Positions 63,940 to 64,000 of a DNA stretch of 64,000 nt are shown piece by piece. Source of the stretch: Octopus sinensis (lineage: Eukaryota); contig NC_043010.1 of the NCBI RefSeq assembly GCF_006345805.1, positions 31,248,001-31,312,000 on the forward strand, read 5' to 3'. How positions within the stretch are numbered: position 1 is the stretch's first letter; each line of letters opens with the position of its first letter. The notes beneath the pieces are model-generated. The model saw only the letters and a program-made list of their open reading frames with translations, had not been told where the DNA came from and did not search any database. Both the position numbers and the translations under genes were made by a program.

Positions 63940-64000
63940 AAGGCGGCGAGCTGGCAGAATCGTTAGCACGCCGGGAGAAATGCTTTGCAGTATTTCATCT
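63940..64000 (+). mobile_element. SINE family A 5' end (runs off the window)
   Basis: AAGGCGGCGAGCTGGCAGAATCGTTAGCACGCCGGG. Confidence 0.9.

Overview
AT-rich, microsatellite-dense eukaryotic DNA. The repeat families look like those of a coleoid cephalopod, most likely Octopus; this is recognition, not a database result. No intact host protein-coding gene can be supported, and nearly all ORF-track entries are microsatellite or antisense noise. The window is a mosaic of decayed mobile elements: several tRNA-derived SINE families, an RTE-type LINE and RTE-tailed short repeats, nested CR1-type LINE pieces, an R4/Dong-like RLE remnant, Penelope-like (PLE) fragments, a DD37E Tc1-like element, a mariner, a Merlin, an internally deleted Helitron, MITEs and a probable solo LTR. 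The most interesting layer is RNA structure that the ORF track misses. At least eight minimal type I hammerhead ribozyme (HHR) motifs from about three families are present. One family is fused behind a tRNA-like Pol III head (a SINE/retrozyme-like element), one shares terminal sequence with a Penelope ORF, and one sits in a fold-back palindrome. There is also a sharp CpG-decay boundary near 24 kb, which suggests a methylated gene body on the left, with a candidate minus-strand first exon at about 29.1-29.3 kb. A 100-N assembly gap lies at 1646-1745.
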